A stretch of 64,000 bases of DNA from positions 308,586-372,585 of the forward strand of contig NW_003314320.1 in the NCBI RefSeq assembly GCF_000143415.4, given 5' to 3'. Under the pieces are notes generated by a model. It was not told the origin of the DNA. It did not search any database and saw nothing but the letters and a program-made list of their open reading frames with translations. Positions 1-11,829 of this stretch are shown here, one piece after another. The translations under genes were made by a program, and so were the position numbers. Numbering within the stretch: position 1 is the stretch's first letter; each line of letters starts with the position of its first letter. This stretch comes from Selaginella moellendorffii. Its lineage: Eukaryota > Plantae > Lycopodiophyta.

Positions 1-2849
1 CATTCTCCGTGCGAACATCGTTGTAACAAGGAATGCAAAAGTAGTGTCGAGTTTCACGAACCGCTGTTGTATAGTAGAGTGCGTTTCGCTTCACTCGTAT
101 CCCGCAGCTCGTGCAATAAATAGGTGGTGGATCGAAGAAAAGCTTCTCAACTGCACACAATCTACAAGCGTGCTCGTTTGCCTGAAGTTCCATGGCCTGG
201 TTCTTCTCTGCTTTGGACTTGCTCTGCTAAGAAAATGAATGAGCACGAGAAAGAAACTCTAGTGATTCCTCACGTACCTGGCCAACCCACTGTCTTAAGC
301 TCACAATGTGTTGCTTGATTTGCTCGATGGTGAAGATCTCTGTTAGCGAGACGCCAACTATTTTCGGCTTTCCTCCTTTGCCAATCCTTGGACCAGACTC
401 GTGCTTAACAATCGCGTTCCCGGGATGCTTCACGTCACTTGCTACAGGCTCCGGCTTCACGTTCCGGACGCCACCACCATGAGGTGCTTCAGCCTTCACA
501 GCTTTGATAACCTCTTTCGACTCGACCTTGACGGGTCCATCACCATTCTCCATAGTAGTAGAGTCTGGCGACGCCACCTTGGGCCGTTTCAGAGGTGGCT
601 GGCCACCATCTTTAGAACCCGGAGGAGATCCCATCTGGTCTGCTGGCGGAGGGTGAGTTTGCTTTAAGATGGCCTGCCGGACAGGTCCACAAACCGGGCA
701 TCTAGCGTCACGACACGACTGATGGTGTGTGAGCAACTTCATCGAGGCACTGCACCGCGGATATTGGCACTCACGATCCCGGCATTTGGACATGTGACTT
801 AGCAGCTGGCGAGCAGTTTGGCAGTGAGGACTGCATATGCACTGTCCACCCGCGGCGGAGCATTTCGTTGCATGACGGAGAAAAAGTAGCCAGCGCTGCT
901 GCTTGAGGTACTGCTGAGCACGAGTACTGCTGATCACTGGCTGGGGTCCCGTTCCAGAGCCGTTGCTTTCAGGCTGGGCAGCCGCTCCTCCCGGAGTTGA
1001 TACCATAGACGACGGACTTCCTTGTTCCTGCTTCAAAACGGCAGGAGCAGGCTGTGGTGATTGTTGGTGCTCGGTCACTTGCACGCTCTCGTTCACCGGC
1101 TCCGGCTTCGGTTGTAAGGTCTCACTATTCGGAGTTTGTAACTGTTTCTGTGTCTCCGGGAACACGACATGATTCTCGTTGGCGATGTTTTTCACCTCCC
1201 TCTCTTGCGCCTGCCATGTTTGCTGAACCTGCGGGGACGGTTTTTGATCCGACTGCTCCATCTGAACAACAGGTCCCGGGACAACATTCTGGACGTCTAA
1301 TGAGGTCTTGGTTAAGTCAGAGAGTTGCTGGAACGTTGTTCCCTGATCTTGCTGTTGCGGCTGCTGCTGTTGTGCGGCTTGTTGCCTTTGCTGCAGCTGC
1401 TGCATTTGTTGCTGCAATTGCTTCTGGTGATGCTGTTGCTGCTGCTGCATTCGCTGTTGCTGTAAGCTCATCGCCACCCCTTGCTGTTGACTCGAAGATT
1501 TCGCAAGTTGAGGATTAATTGCGTTTAGAGCAACTCCATTGTTCACAAGGCCACCTGTTGTTGATGGAGTATACAAGTTACCCCCAGGTCCAGCCAAGTC
1601 CGCAGCATTCATGGCATAGCTGCCATTGGAAACGGCGGAGCTCAGCGCTACATAACGAACTCGTCAGTAAAAACACATCGCTGGACAGGAAAGAGCTAGC
1701 TTACTTTGCATCCGTTGTTGTTGGTTCAAACGCTGTTGCTGTTGTAGCATATACTGAGCTTGAGCTTGATTCGGGTAATCGTGCACTGCAACGTTTCCGT
1801 TCGCTAGGTGAGAACGATTCATCACCATACCATTCGCTAGTCCGTTTGCTGTCTTCACTTGAGAAGCACCGTTCATATGAGCACGAAGGATATGACCATT
1901 GGAAGCCGCGAGCTGCTGCGGTTGCACGGAAGCCATCGAGATGTCGCTGACTTTAGGGAAGTTCGACACACTGGGCGACTGCTGTGGCATGCTGAGACCC
2001 GGCGTCGGCATCATCTGCATTCCCCCAGCTGAAAATCCTGTACTGGAGGCAAGTTGTCCATCGTGAATCATCCTCATACCGTTGACAGGCATCCCACTAG
2101 GCATCAAGTTCCCATTGGCAAACATCCCTGTCGAAGTTTGAACGCCATTGGCGACGAAGTTCATGTTTGCATTCCCGGTGGGCATCATACTTCCGTTCGT
2201 AGAGATCCCCATCTTGTTGCCAAGTCCAGGAGTTGGCATCATCGTCGAGCTGGCCCTGGCGGTACCATTACCATGACCCCCAACCGGGATCATGGTGTTC
2301 GAGTAACCAGGAGTAGGGACAAGGTTGCCACCCATGCCTGGAGTTGGTACCATGCCACCTCCACCGTTCACAGAGACCGCGGTCCCAGAAGACCTCGTGA
2401 GATCCTCTATAGAAGTTACTCGCGGCTGCTGGTTGACAAATCGATGAGTTGCAACTTGGAGACGATGCTCCAACGTTCGCACGTCAGCATAATCTTCCTG
2501 TTCATCAGAGGTAACCATGAGATCGAAAGGCAAAAAGACAAACAAAAGCAAAGATCACACAGAACCTTAGAAGTAGCATCATTGTACAAAGCCTGCTCCA
2601 CATTCGATACCAAGTCAGGGATTTTCTGCTGCCACTCTGGAGGCAATTGGTGTTTACATTTCTGAAAAATCTGTGCTCTGGAAAACGAAAACACAATCGT
2701 TAGTTCAAGAGATACAGTGAAAAACACGCTTACATTTTTTCTATGACCTTCCTACGCAAAGCCAAATCGTTACCCCATGGATTCGAAGGTAACGACGTCT
2801 TATCCTGCAAAGTGATGCACTGCCCAGATAGCTGTGCCTGGGCCTGCAT
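1..2849 (-). CDS. HAC1: CBP/p300-type histone acetyltransferase HAC1-like, 5' portion (multi-exon; gene runs off the left edge)
   Basis: Start [10 protein letters not shown] (ATG 2849) resembles plant HAC N-termini. KIX-like exon ([18 protein letters not shown]...[14 protein letters not shown]), polyQ linker and TAZ zinc finger ([14 protein letters not shown]...CPVCGPVR). Conserved [26 protein letters not shown] spliced to [10 protein letters not shown]...[22 protein letters not shown]. Confidence 0.93.
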
Positions 2850-4132
2850 CTTCCTTAGCCAATTCCAATGTAGCTTCTCTTAAGTCCCAGCCCAGTCCAT
2901 ACTCCTCCCGGCCAATCAAACGACCAATCCCAATGCAATGGATCCTCACATCCAGAAGCTAGAATCCCGAAATTCCGCTCCTGGATCCATGGCCCGCTCC
3001 CAAAGCCGCCAGCACCCAATTCGAAATCCGATCATCCCCCAGCTCATGCAATCCAATTCAAACCTGGCGCTGGCCGGCAGCGTGCTCGATCGCGGCTGCT
3101 GCTGCTGCTGCTGCTCAACCCTAAACCTCTATCGAATTAGATTACCGGCATCCTCCGTGCTCGGCCTCTGGGACGAGCTCACTGTCCTACAAACCCTAAC
3201 CCCAGCGCGTCCCTGCCAAACCCCTACTCCTCGATCTAGCTCCAATTCCGTGGCGTCGCGGCGTGGCGGGCAACGCCCTGTCAATCGAAACCCTAATTAT
3301 GGAAGGAGAATCCAGAAAGTGAAGCCTATGGGAGCATACTTCCAAGACCATTGCCTTTCAAACCCCCATCTTATACTCCACAGTAAGGGTAGTTCACCCA
3401 TACATTCCGGCTAGATATCCAATCGGGGCCGCTCATCAGGTGGGACAAACTCACGGAAAGAATCTCACGGCCGTTAACGGCCCTCACATTCCGGTCAGAT
3501 ACAGCATCCGGGCCGTCTCCATGGCAACTAGAAACATTCTCCTCTTTACATCTGTTATGTTTAAGAATGAATGTCGATCCATTTCGTCACTTTGAGCCCA
3601 CCATCTGGTCCAATTTTCCAAAATCCTTGGAACCTTAGGCTTGCTCGCTCATAGAAGCTCATCGTCTGTCAACCCAGCTCCCTGGCTTTGAAGCTCTTGG
3701 AGAACCTGAAACAAGTGAAGTTCTCCTCATGGAAAATCCTTGAAAGCTTCTTTGAGCCTCAACTCTTCAGCGTTTCTAGAACTCCGAGAGCTTGTTCTGG
3801 CATGCTAGTGATAATAAATGAGAAGAGCAAATGAATGAGTATTTGTGAGACTACTTGGCTAATTGTACTTGGTGTTTAAGAATATGTCCAATGAAAGCTC
3901 CATTAACTTTCCTAGATTCCTTTCTAATCCTTTATCAGGTTATTCCTTCACCATGACTCAGAAGGTTTAGGCATGGTTGGAAAGTAAATAAATTTCATAG
4001 TTAAAGTATGTGTCTTTAAGCATGAAAAAGTACAAATAGGGAGGCATCATGTTGTGATGTAGTTTTGTGGTGCTTGTGTAAGAAGTAAAGGTAACTTTAG
4101 TGATCTATAAAACAAGTAATATGGATAATTGG

Positions 4133-4762
4133 TTTGTTTAAGCAAAACCTGTAGAGAATATATTTAGAATATGCTTAAATATTCTAGGATATTTTACCAT
4201 CTAACAGTTGTTATTCATTTAGATTAATCTTGTATTTATAATTTATAAATATAATTATAATTTATAAACTTTCCTAAACACCTCCTAGTACATTATTTTT
4301 TATTTTACCATCTAATGGTTATTATGCAATCATATTAATCTTGATTTAAAAATTATAAACATGTTTATAATTATTTATTAATTGGATTATTCAATAATTT
4401 GCTGTGCATTACATGCAACAATGCTTAGTTTGCTTAATAGTTCTTATTTAGTATTTTTGAATAATTCAATTGATCAATATTGATAAATATGTTTATATTT
4501 TATAAAACAAGATTACTCTTATTTCATATTAACCATTAGATGGTAGAATAAGAAATAATATACTAGGAAGTGTTTAGGAAAGTTTGTAATTATAAACATA
4601 TTTATAAATTATAAATACAAGATTAATCTAAATGAATAACAACCATTAGATGGTAGAATATCCTAGAATATCCAAGAATATTTTAAGTATATCCACTACC
4701 ATCCTACAGGTTTTGCTTAAACAAATAAAAAATACTAAATAAAAACTATTAAGCAAGCTAAG
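4133..4762. mobile_element. AT-rich foldback / MITE-like compound inverted repeat
   Basis: Perfect 22-bp inverted ends (tttgtttaagcaaaacctgtag 4133-4154 / ctacaggttttgcttaaacaaa 4704-4725). Arms stay alignable inward to about 4392 and 4459. A second ~35-bp inverted pair lies at 4424-4458 / 4728-4762. Confidence 0.8.
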
Positions 4763-4949
4763 TGATGAGCAGTAAATAGTTTTATTTATTGTGTTGTCTC
4801 TATATCAATTAGTGATCTTGGCATAGTACCTATAAAATAGTACTAACGCTACTCACATGCTACAGAAGAAAGTGTATCCTTAAAGATAAATATGTCCCAT
4901 TGCAAGGATTCATCATTTATCAAAGTTTATAAAGTGACAGGAATTGTTA

Positions 4950-7100
4950 CCAACAACACCAACAATAGAGTATAGTTCTAGTCAAGGTGAAACAAGTTTA
5001 GGATGATGTTAGGTAGTAATATTCAAAAGATAGACCAAATCACCCTCCAAAAACTTATTGCTATTGATAGACTTTATTGTTACGCATTGCTACAATATGG
5101 TGACCTAATAACTGATCATACTGTTATATGAGTTAGTCATCCAAGGGAATTACTATAAAAGTTGGCAATCCAAATTGGACAAATAAAACCACTTTGACAT
5201 AGTAGAGAAGTCCAAAGGAAATAGCATTTATTGTTACTTTGTAAGATGTGTGAAAGGCCCAAAGACTTGAAAATAAATGTATCAATCAAGCTCTTGGATG
5301 AATTTCCACGATTATCTTCTTCAAGACCTAATTTTCTTACTCTGCATCACATGAGACTTTTGCCTTCTTTACTAACTAAAGTCTTGGAGCACTAAAAAAA
5401 CTCTTAAATGTTGGTTAATAGTATCTTACATATGAACTAACTTCACCATATGGCAAATATGTAAGATTGCTGTCACTTTCTACCTTATGAATATAATGTT
5501 GACCAAGTAACTTCCCTTAAGGAATGAAAAACTTGCACTTTATGGGATTGGGCTGGATGATATAGAAATGGCATTGCTGGAAGATGGTTTGTAAGTCTTC
5601 AACATGTATTGCTAATAAATCATGAATTTTGCCTTTTACAACTTGATGCTCCAATCCTCTATGGATCTACATGGAAAACTTTTATAACTTTATTGGAATG
5701 TCACTAATGAATTTATGAGATCAACAGTTGTATGTCTAGATTTTCTTCACACTTAGCTTATAACTATTAAATCCATCCATAAAAGATTAAATCTTATAAC
5801 TAACTACAACATTGAGAATGTTATCGATAAATAGTGTTGAAAAGTATTTATGTAACATATCTTTGTTAAGGTCTTTAAAATCCATGCAAACTCAGATATT
5901 ACTATTTGCCTTCCTCACTGAGATGATTCAGTTTACTAGGTATCAACTAAGAAAATAAACTTGACGTCCATAAGTCATAATTTTAACTTTGACGACTAAC
6001 ACTAGTATTGAACTCAAATGTTGTGGAGCTTGTTGCATTAAATGAGCATCATCATGGAAGGGGATATAATACATAATAGCATTTGGAAAGACTCCTCACA
6101 AATTCCTATAATGCCATATAAAGATGTCTTTATTCAAAGCAAAGGTGGTAGAGATGGCTTCATCCTTAATGAGGATGAGTTGTGGTGAGGAATTAGATGT
6201 AGCTAGATCGAGCTCAATAAAGTTGGTGTTCACCACAAATGCAACCATTTTGGTCTCCACCAAATTGACAAGGCAATTATGATGAAAGCTTGTTCTTATT
6301 GAGTGTCTATTGTGCAAAGAAGGCAATAAACCCCTACTTTACCAAGGCAAAAACAACTATATTTTACTCTCTAGAGATATACTAAAGTGTTTAAGAACCA
6401 TTGAAGCTCTTCATGTAGTGAATGAAGTTGCAAGCTCTTGAGTAGAAATCCACCATGGATGTGTTGGCATGATAAATTCAAGTCTATCTTAAGTTTTAGA
6501 TCATGACCAAGAGCTTTCTAGATGCTAACTATAAATTCTTTATACTCGACTTCATTAGAAAACTTTGCAACAATCAAAGTAAATGCAAGATATAGCAATT
6601 GTTCAGTTGAGAAAAGTGTAAAGCCAATGCCTCCACAACTCATATTGTGGCTATAAGCTCCAACTATGAAGAGAAAGTGATTTTTTTCTGGCCATTGATT
6701 ATATTCTTCTAGTCAGAAGTATCCAATAGTGAGCAAGGCAATATAATATATTGATCCCTACTTCTAAAGGGTTTTTGTGAAGGAAAGTTGCTGGAAATAA
6801 TGGCAACCATGCTTCAACCTATGATAGTCTAAAACTCATAACCAAGGTACTCAAGATTGGCAGTGGTCTGGAGTTAGTCCAAGAGGACCTAAACCTCATC
6901 TTGAGTTCTCTCACCCAATTGAAACACCATGAAGGAGGTGGTACATCCTCTGGTCAAGGTCATAATAAACTTCTATTGGTTCTGCTAGAGTTTGATGAAG
7001 ATATCAATGTCCAACAGCATTGTAGAGTGTCCCCACACATTCTCCTTCATCACCCTAATATCTTAATATGTGTGAGTATGGAATTTCTCTAACTAGATTC
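4950..7100 (-). mobile_element. Heavily decayed Ty1/copia-like pol remnant
   Basis: Minus-strand fragments resemble copia motifs in the expected order: IWHYRNL (~6110; cf. GAG-pre-integrase LWHxRLGH), AIHVEDL (~5600; cf. RT LYVDD) and an NKS-containing RNase H-like fragment (~5070). Many stops; boundaries uncertain. Confidence 0.4.
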
Positions 7101-9894
7101 ATCCAAAGAGTTGCATGAAAACTTGATAACCAAAAAATCTATTATAGTCTAAACCTCCTATAGCAAAGAAGACTTGACAGCATTTGTATAGCAAGGTTTT
7201 GGATTGAGTTGGCTTTATAAAAAATCACCAAATATAGATCCTTCCCCATCACTCTAGTAATTAACCATTCCAAGAATCTTTTCTAGCTACTTGAAAGTAG
7301 TGGATTAGGAATTGGATCATTGAGTAATCCCTCCATACTAAGATTGCTTTATTATAGAGCATTTGAAGCTTATAATATTCCCTCGGGATGAAGAACTTTA
7401 AGGATTTATTCTCTAGCTGCTTGAGGTACTATGTGATGCTTACAATGCACATCATGGTATTGAAGCTCTTATAAAGGCCCAAGGAATGGATCATAGTTGA
7501 GATCTTTGAAGAAATTCTTTTGTATTAGAATTTTTAATAGAAGATGGCTCTTCGAGGACTGGGACCTTAACATTGACTAAGACAACTTGGGAAATTTATT
7601 TTTATTATCTCTGATCTTTGTGTTGATTGTAATGCAAGTTTTGTCTTTGTAGTTTTATAATATATATCAAAATCTAAGACAATGAAATTAGCTTCAAGAA
7701 GTCATAAAAAATTTCCTTCTATTTCAAATTATTTAGTAAGAATCAAGTATAAATTATTTTTTAAAAAAAATAAAACTAAACCATAGTGCAATGGATTTTC
7801 AACTTGTCTAGTAAAACTACAAAGTTTTCTAACCTAACAAACTTCTAGAGTACTCATCCCTTATGAAAAGAGAAGAGATTAGATGTGGCACACCATATCT
7901 AATATCAGGGCCTGATAATTCTTACCCAACTATCTAAAATAAAAAGGCAGTCAACATGTATAATGAAAGAAACATATTTTTAACAAAGTTCTTTTTTAGA
8001 TACTTTATAAACCAACCTCTAGGATTTATATTCAACTCGTCTTAAGGCCTTCTTATATGGGCAAAAGTTGTCCTAGTTCTAGGTTTTTCAAAGAGCAACT
8101 TCAATCAACATTTACATAGTATAAGAAAGAAATATATAACTCACTCTCATCTTGTGTCTTTGTTGTTAGTTACACTATATGGTGGTCCTTCCCTCCATCC
8201 AAAGTTAAGGTGATAACAAAAATAGCTCCAAGAGATTTCGTTATTGTTGCACATAGCCTGTGTAAAAGTCACTATGCTACATTGTACAATCCAGAAAAAA
8301 GTTTACACTTGATTCACATCCTTTTAAAAAAAATTAGAATAGGCTGATAAAGTGATCACATATGAAGAATTTACACTGGAAATAACCTGTTTATGATCTC
8401 TTGAAATATGAAGAATTTCAGCAATGTAAAATTATGAAAACATTATAATTACTGTATTTCGAGGTGGTAATACTGAAGGCTACTTGCCATTGTCTAGATG
8501 AAAGTTTAGTTAGCAAAGTGTTACTCAAATATTAAGTGTAAAAAATTACACTATACTTAGGCATCTTGTCATTTCTACAAAGGCTTTGTGATGGACTTTC
8601 TACAGGAGCATTCCTGAGAGGCTGGAAGAAAAAGATTATAACAATGAAAGAGCTTGCAATTGAATTTTCATTGCAACTTTCAGTCATTTTAAATCCATTA
8701 CAACCTCTGGCTTTTGGCGTATTGCAAACTACTGTCTTAGTTGTGTGCAAGTTTCTTGGCCCATGCAAAGTTGATCCTGAGGCTATACTGATGTACATCC
8801 TGAAAATAAAACATAACATAACATCAGAAAATGATCTTGAATTCAAACCTCGTCATCTTCTTCATCAACAGAAATCTTGGCATCTGCAAAATCTCATATA
8901 TTCAAGCCACATATACAAACATAGAGAAACTGTTAGAAAAATAAACATTAGAAGAGTAACTTTACAAATCATATCTCAATGTGGAACAAAAGATTTCAAT
9001 CACCACGTGGAAGCAGCAAGCCCTTGCGTCTTTGATTGAGGCTCTTGATACTCAACATCACTCCCACCGTCTCCACCATGTTGAACTTCCTTGACAACTC
9101 CAGTACCTATAAGCTGGCATTTCTGGTGGTAAACTTGTGGCTTCCTCATACGAGCCTTTGCACAGTCTCTCGACGAAATGATTGAAATCAGAAAGCTTGC
9201 CATGAACATCTTCACCATTGTCTCGCCCAGCCTGTAATTCCGTGGCATGTAATATCTCTTCTCAACCTTCGCAAAATTCCGCCGCTGGTTCTTAAGATTC
9301 ATAGTGCATCCTTCCTCGCAATGTGAGCAGCATGGGCCTTTCCAGGTTTGAAGTGAACATCCAAGAAATTTAGAAGGGTTTTGTAGACTTCTCTGCGAAT
9401 TGCTCAAGCCACTGATCCTCAAATCCTGGACTTCAAAGCCCACTTCCCACAAAGGCCTAGCTTGGGGCATATCTTACAAGCATCGAGGACCTTGGATCTA
9501 ACATTTTTTATTCCATAAACCTTGTAACAATCCTCTATCGAAGGTTTAACACCATGAACTGTGGTTATGGATTTTCGGCGGTCATTCATCCCAGATTATT
9601 TTGCTGGACGAGGAGGAACAGTTTCTCATCTGGCTCTCTTCTGCTCAGGCGGCTTCTTGCATTTACATCTGGTGTTGAATCTCATCTGTTGCTGGGAACA
9701 TTGTGTTGCAATGATCTCCACTTCTGAGACCGGAGGCTCCCAAAAAGTATAAATCGTCAAATTACAAGGATTTCAACCTGAAAACAACTCCTTTCCAGTT
9801 CCATGTAGTTCCTAACGCGGCGGCCAATAGCAGGCTAACAACAGTGGCATTAAATTTATAATTTCCTTAAATGTAGTCTTCGTTCCTAGGGTTT

Positions 9895-11829
9895 TTGGCC
9901 ATGGCGAAACGGCAGCGCGAGCATGTCGACCTTGCTCCTGGGAAGCGGAGGCCGGATTTGGGCAGTGAGATAGTCCCGCGGCCACGGCTGTTTGCTGCGG
10001 GCCACGCAATCCATCCAGCCACGAATTTCTTTGTGGAATGGAGCGACATAGACAGGCTCGAGGGCTATCTCCGGAACTCAAGGTGGCTGCTCATCACGGG
10101 GCCGTGGCAATCCGGGAAGTCATCGCTCATGTACGGGCTTGCCGATCGCATGAGTGCGCAGGACTTGGTGCCCGTGGTGACTGTGTTGAACCCTCAAGTG
10201 GTGGGAGCAGCCAACAAGCATGCCGTTGAAGACGACGCTACCGTTGCTTTCATCCGCGAGATGGCTATGTCTCTGGCTCTGGGGAGCAAAGGCAGGCTCG
10301 AGTACGATGGAACTCCCGGCGTCATGGGACTTCTCAAGATGCTGGCTTCTCCCGGCAAGGAGATAGTGTGGTTCATCGACGAGGCAGCGCTTCTGAACGA
10401 GATCACCTGGCCGGGAGTGCTGCTTGCGTTTCTGTCCGCGTTGAGGACGTGCAAAGAGAGCTGTGTGTTCAGGGCCGGGGCTTCTGGTCTTTACTGCCTG
10501 CGAAGCTTTGTTCTGGTCGGCACAGACAAGACGAGCTTGCTTTTTCAGCCGAGCCGAGGCAGGCGGATTGCTGCCGAAGGAAGTTCCTATGTTACAGCGA
10601 GCCCAGCCCGAGGTCACGACAGTTACGATCCGTGGAGGGGCCGTCCAATCTCGCCACTCAGCGTTCAGGAGCAGAGGGCATCGGACTTTCTTCTGGTTGG
10701 GGACATCGCCATGATGCTCACTGACTATCAGCGCGAGTTTGGTGTTCAGTTCAGGGAGAACGAGGAACAGGAATGGAGCGCAGCAAATGCGGACAAGGTC
10801 ATCGTAAAGTTGGCCGCCAGCATTCACTCCTTGACGAGCGGTTACAAGGGAATGACCGGCTGCTGCTGCGAGTACATTTCAAGGAAGCAGATCCATACAT
10901 TCACGGAATGGAAGCGTCGGGTTCGACTTGGCTACGTTTCATCGTACGTTTTCTATTCAAAGGTCTACTCAAGGATGACATCCAGCATTCCGGATTATCC
11001 CCAACAAGGCAAGGATGTCATACTCGAGTGTATCCTGACCGGGCAGCCGGCTCTCGTCAGTGTCAACACTATGGACGCGCTTTTGCCGGCTATCAACGAC
11101 GGAGTACTTGTGAGAGAAGGCCCTCGTTCGTTCAGCCTCACCTCCAGCTTGCTGCTGGGTGCGATGTTGGAGGACTGCCATCTTTCTTCCCCCGACGTGC
11201 TGCCTCGTATCGATTCATTTACTCAAGCGCTTCAGATCGCCTTCAGCTACATCAATCACGAGCGCTTGGTGAAGCCAGAAGTCCTCAACGCGAACGGGCA
11301 ACCTTCAGAATACATATGGCAGTCGGAGGTACTTCTCAGCACCAAGTTTGTTCTGGAAAAGGGTTTTCAACAAGGCAAGTACACCGTTCTAGTGGAAGCT
11401 AAGAAGAAGGACAAGAACGGAGATCGGAGAACTCGTCTTAACTTCCTCTACGTCAACTCCATCGCGGAGGGAATGGAAGTGCAGGGCGACGGAGATGAAG
11501 AGTCTATCCGGAAGCACGTACAGAAGACTGAAAAGTATGGTACGCTTCATCAATGCGGCATGCATTATGCATATCTACGGGTGGATGATCGCAAAAAGCA
11601 AGCGGTGGACGTCAAGGCTGTGATAAAGAGGGAGGCCGAGAAGTTGAAGGAGCAGCCAGTTTGCTGGTTTGTGGAGTACAAGCCGCATGACAAAGCATGG
11701 GTCATAGAGCAGCTTATCAAAGGCTCCAAGAACTGGACCAGCATGCAAATTTCAGCCCCTGCGAATCTTCCGGAGTTCATGTTCCAGGCTAGGCGGTCGT
11801 CGGTTTATCCGCCTAATTTGTTGTTCTAG
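9895..11829 (+). CDS. Intronless P-loop NTPase (AAA-like) fused to a C-terminal PD-(D/E)xK restriction-endonuclease-like domain; Crinkler/RHS (CR) effector-like
   Basis: 644-aa intact ORF. Walker A LITGPWQSGKS (10099-10122), Walker B VWFIDEA (~10372), then FLSALR..K, LRSFVLVGT, ISPLSV and IHSLTSGYKG. C-terminus PSEYIWQSEV...VLVEAK...RLNFLY...GMEVQ...SIRKHVQKTEKYG. Confidence 0.8.
   Translation: MAMAKRQREHVDLAPGKRRPDLGSEIVPRPRLFAAGHAIHPATNFFVEWSDIDRLEGYLRNSRWLLITGPWQSGKSSLMYGLADRMSAQDLVPVVTVLNPQVVGAANKHAVEDDATVAFIREMAMSLALGSKGRLEYDGTPGVMGLLKMLASPGKEIVWFIDEAALLNEITWPGVLLAFLSALRTCKESCVFRAGASGLYCLRSFVLVGTDKTSLLFQPSRGRRIAAEGSSYVTASPARGHDSYDPWRGRPISPLSVQEQRASDFLLVGDIAMMLTDYQREFGVQFRENEEQEWSAANADKVIVKLAASIHSLTSGYKGMTGCCCEYISRKQIHTFTEWKRRVRLGYVSSYVFYSKVYSRMTSSIPDYPQQGKDVILECILTGQPALVSVNTMDALLPAINDGVLVREGPRSFSLTSSLLLGAMLEDCHLSSPDVLPRIDSFTQALQIAFSYINHERLVKPEVLNANGQPSEYIWQSEVLLSTKFVLEKGFQQGKYTVLVEAKKKDKNGDRRTRLNFLYVNSIAEGMEVQGDGDEESIRKHVQKTEKYGTLHQCGMHYAYLRVDDRKKQAVDVKAVIKREAEKLKEQPVCWFVEYKPHDKAWVIEQLIKGSKNWTSMQISAPANLPEFMFQARRSSVYPPNLLF

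Noticed and set aside
2938-3414. 158-aa ORF with poly-Cys
   Set aside because: Antisense to the HAC1 5' leader; the Cys run comes from a (CTG)n microsatellite, and the region is telobox-rich promoter/UTR.
9290-9600. hAT transposase call from PCCSHC (cf. PCAAHC)
   Set aside because: Only one short motif; no convincing DGW or TRF motifs in register. Kept only as unexplained sequence.
10120-11402. Overlapping ORFs of 235 aa (-) and 209 aa (+) within the NTPase gene
   Set aside because: Shadow frames of a GC-rich coding region with no motifs.
9895-11829. NLR (NB-ARC) resistance gene
   Set aside because: No kinase-2 LLVLDDVW, GLPL or MHD motifs, and no TIR/CC or LRR.
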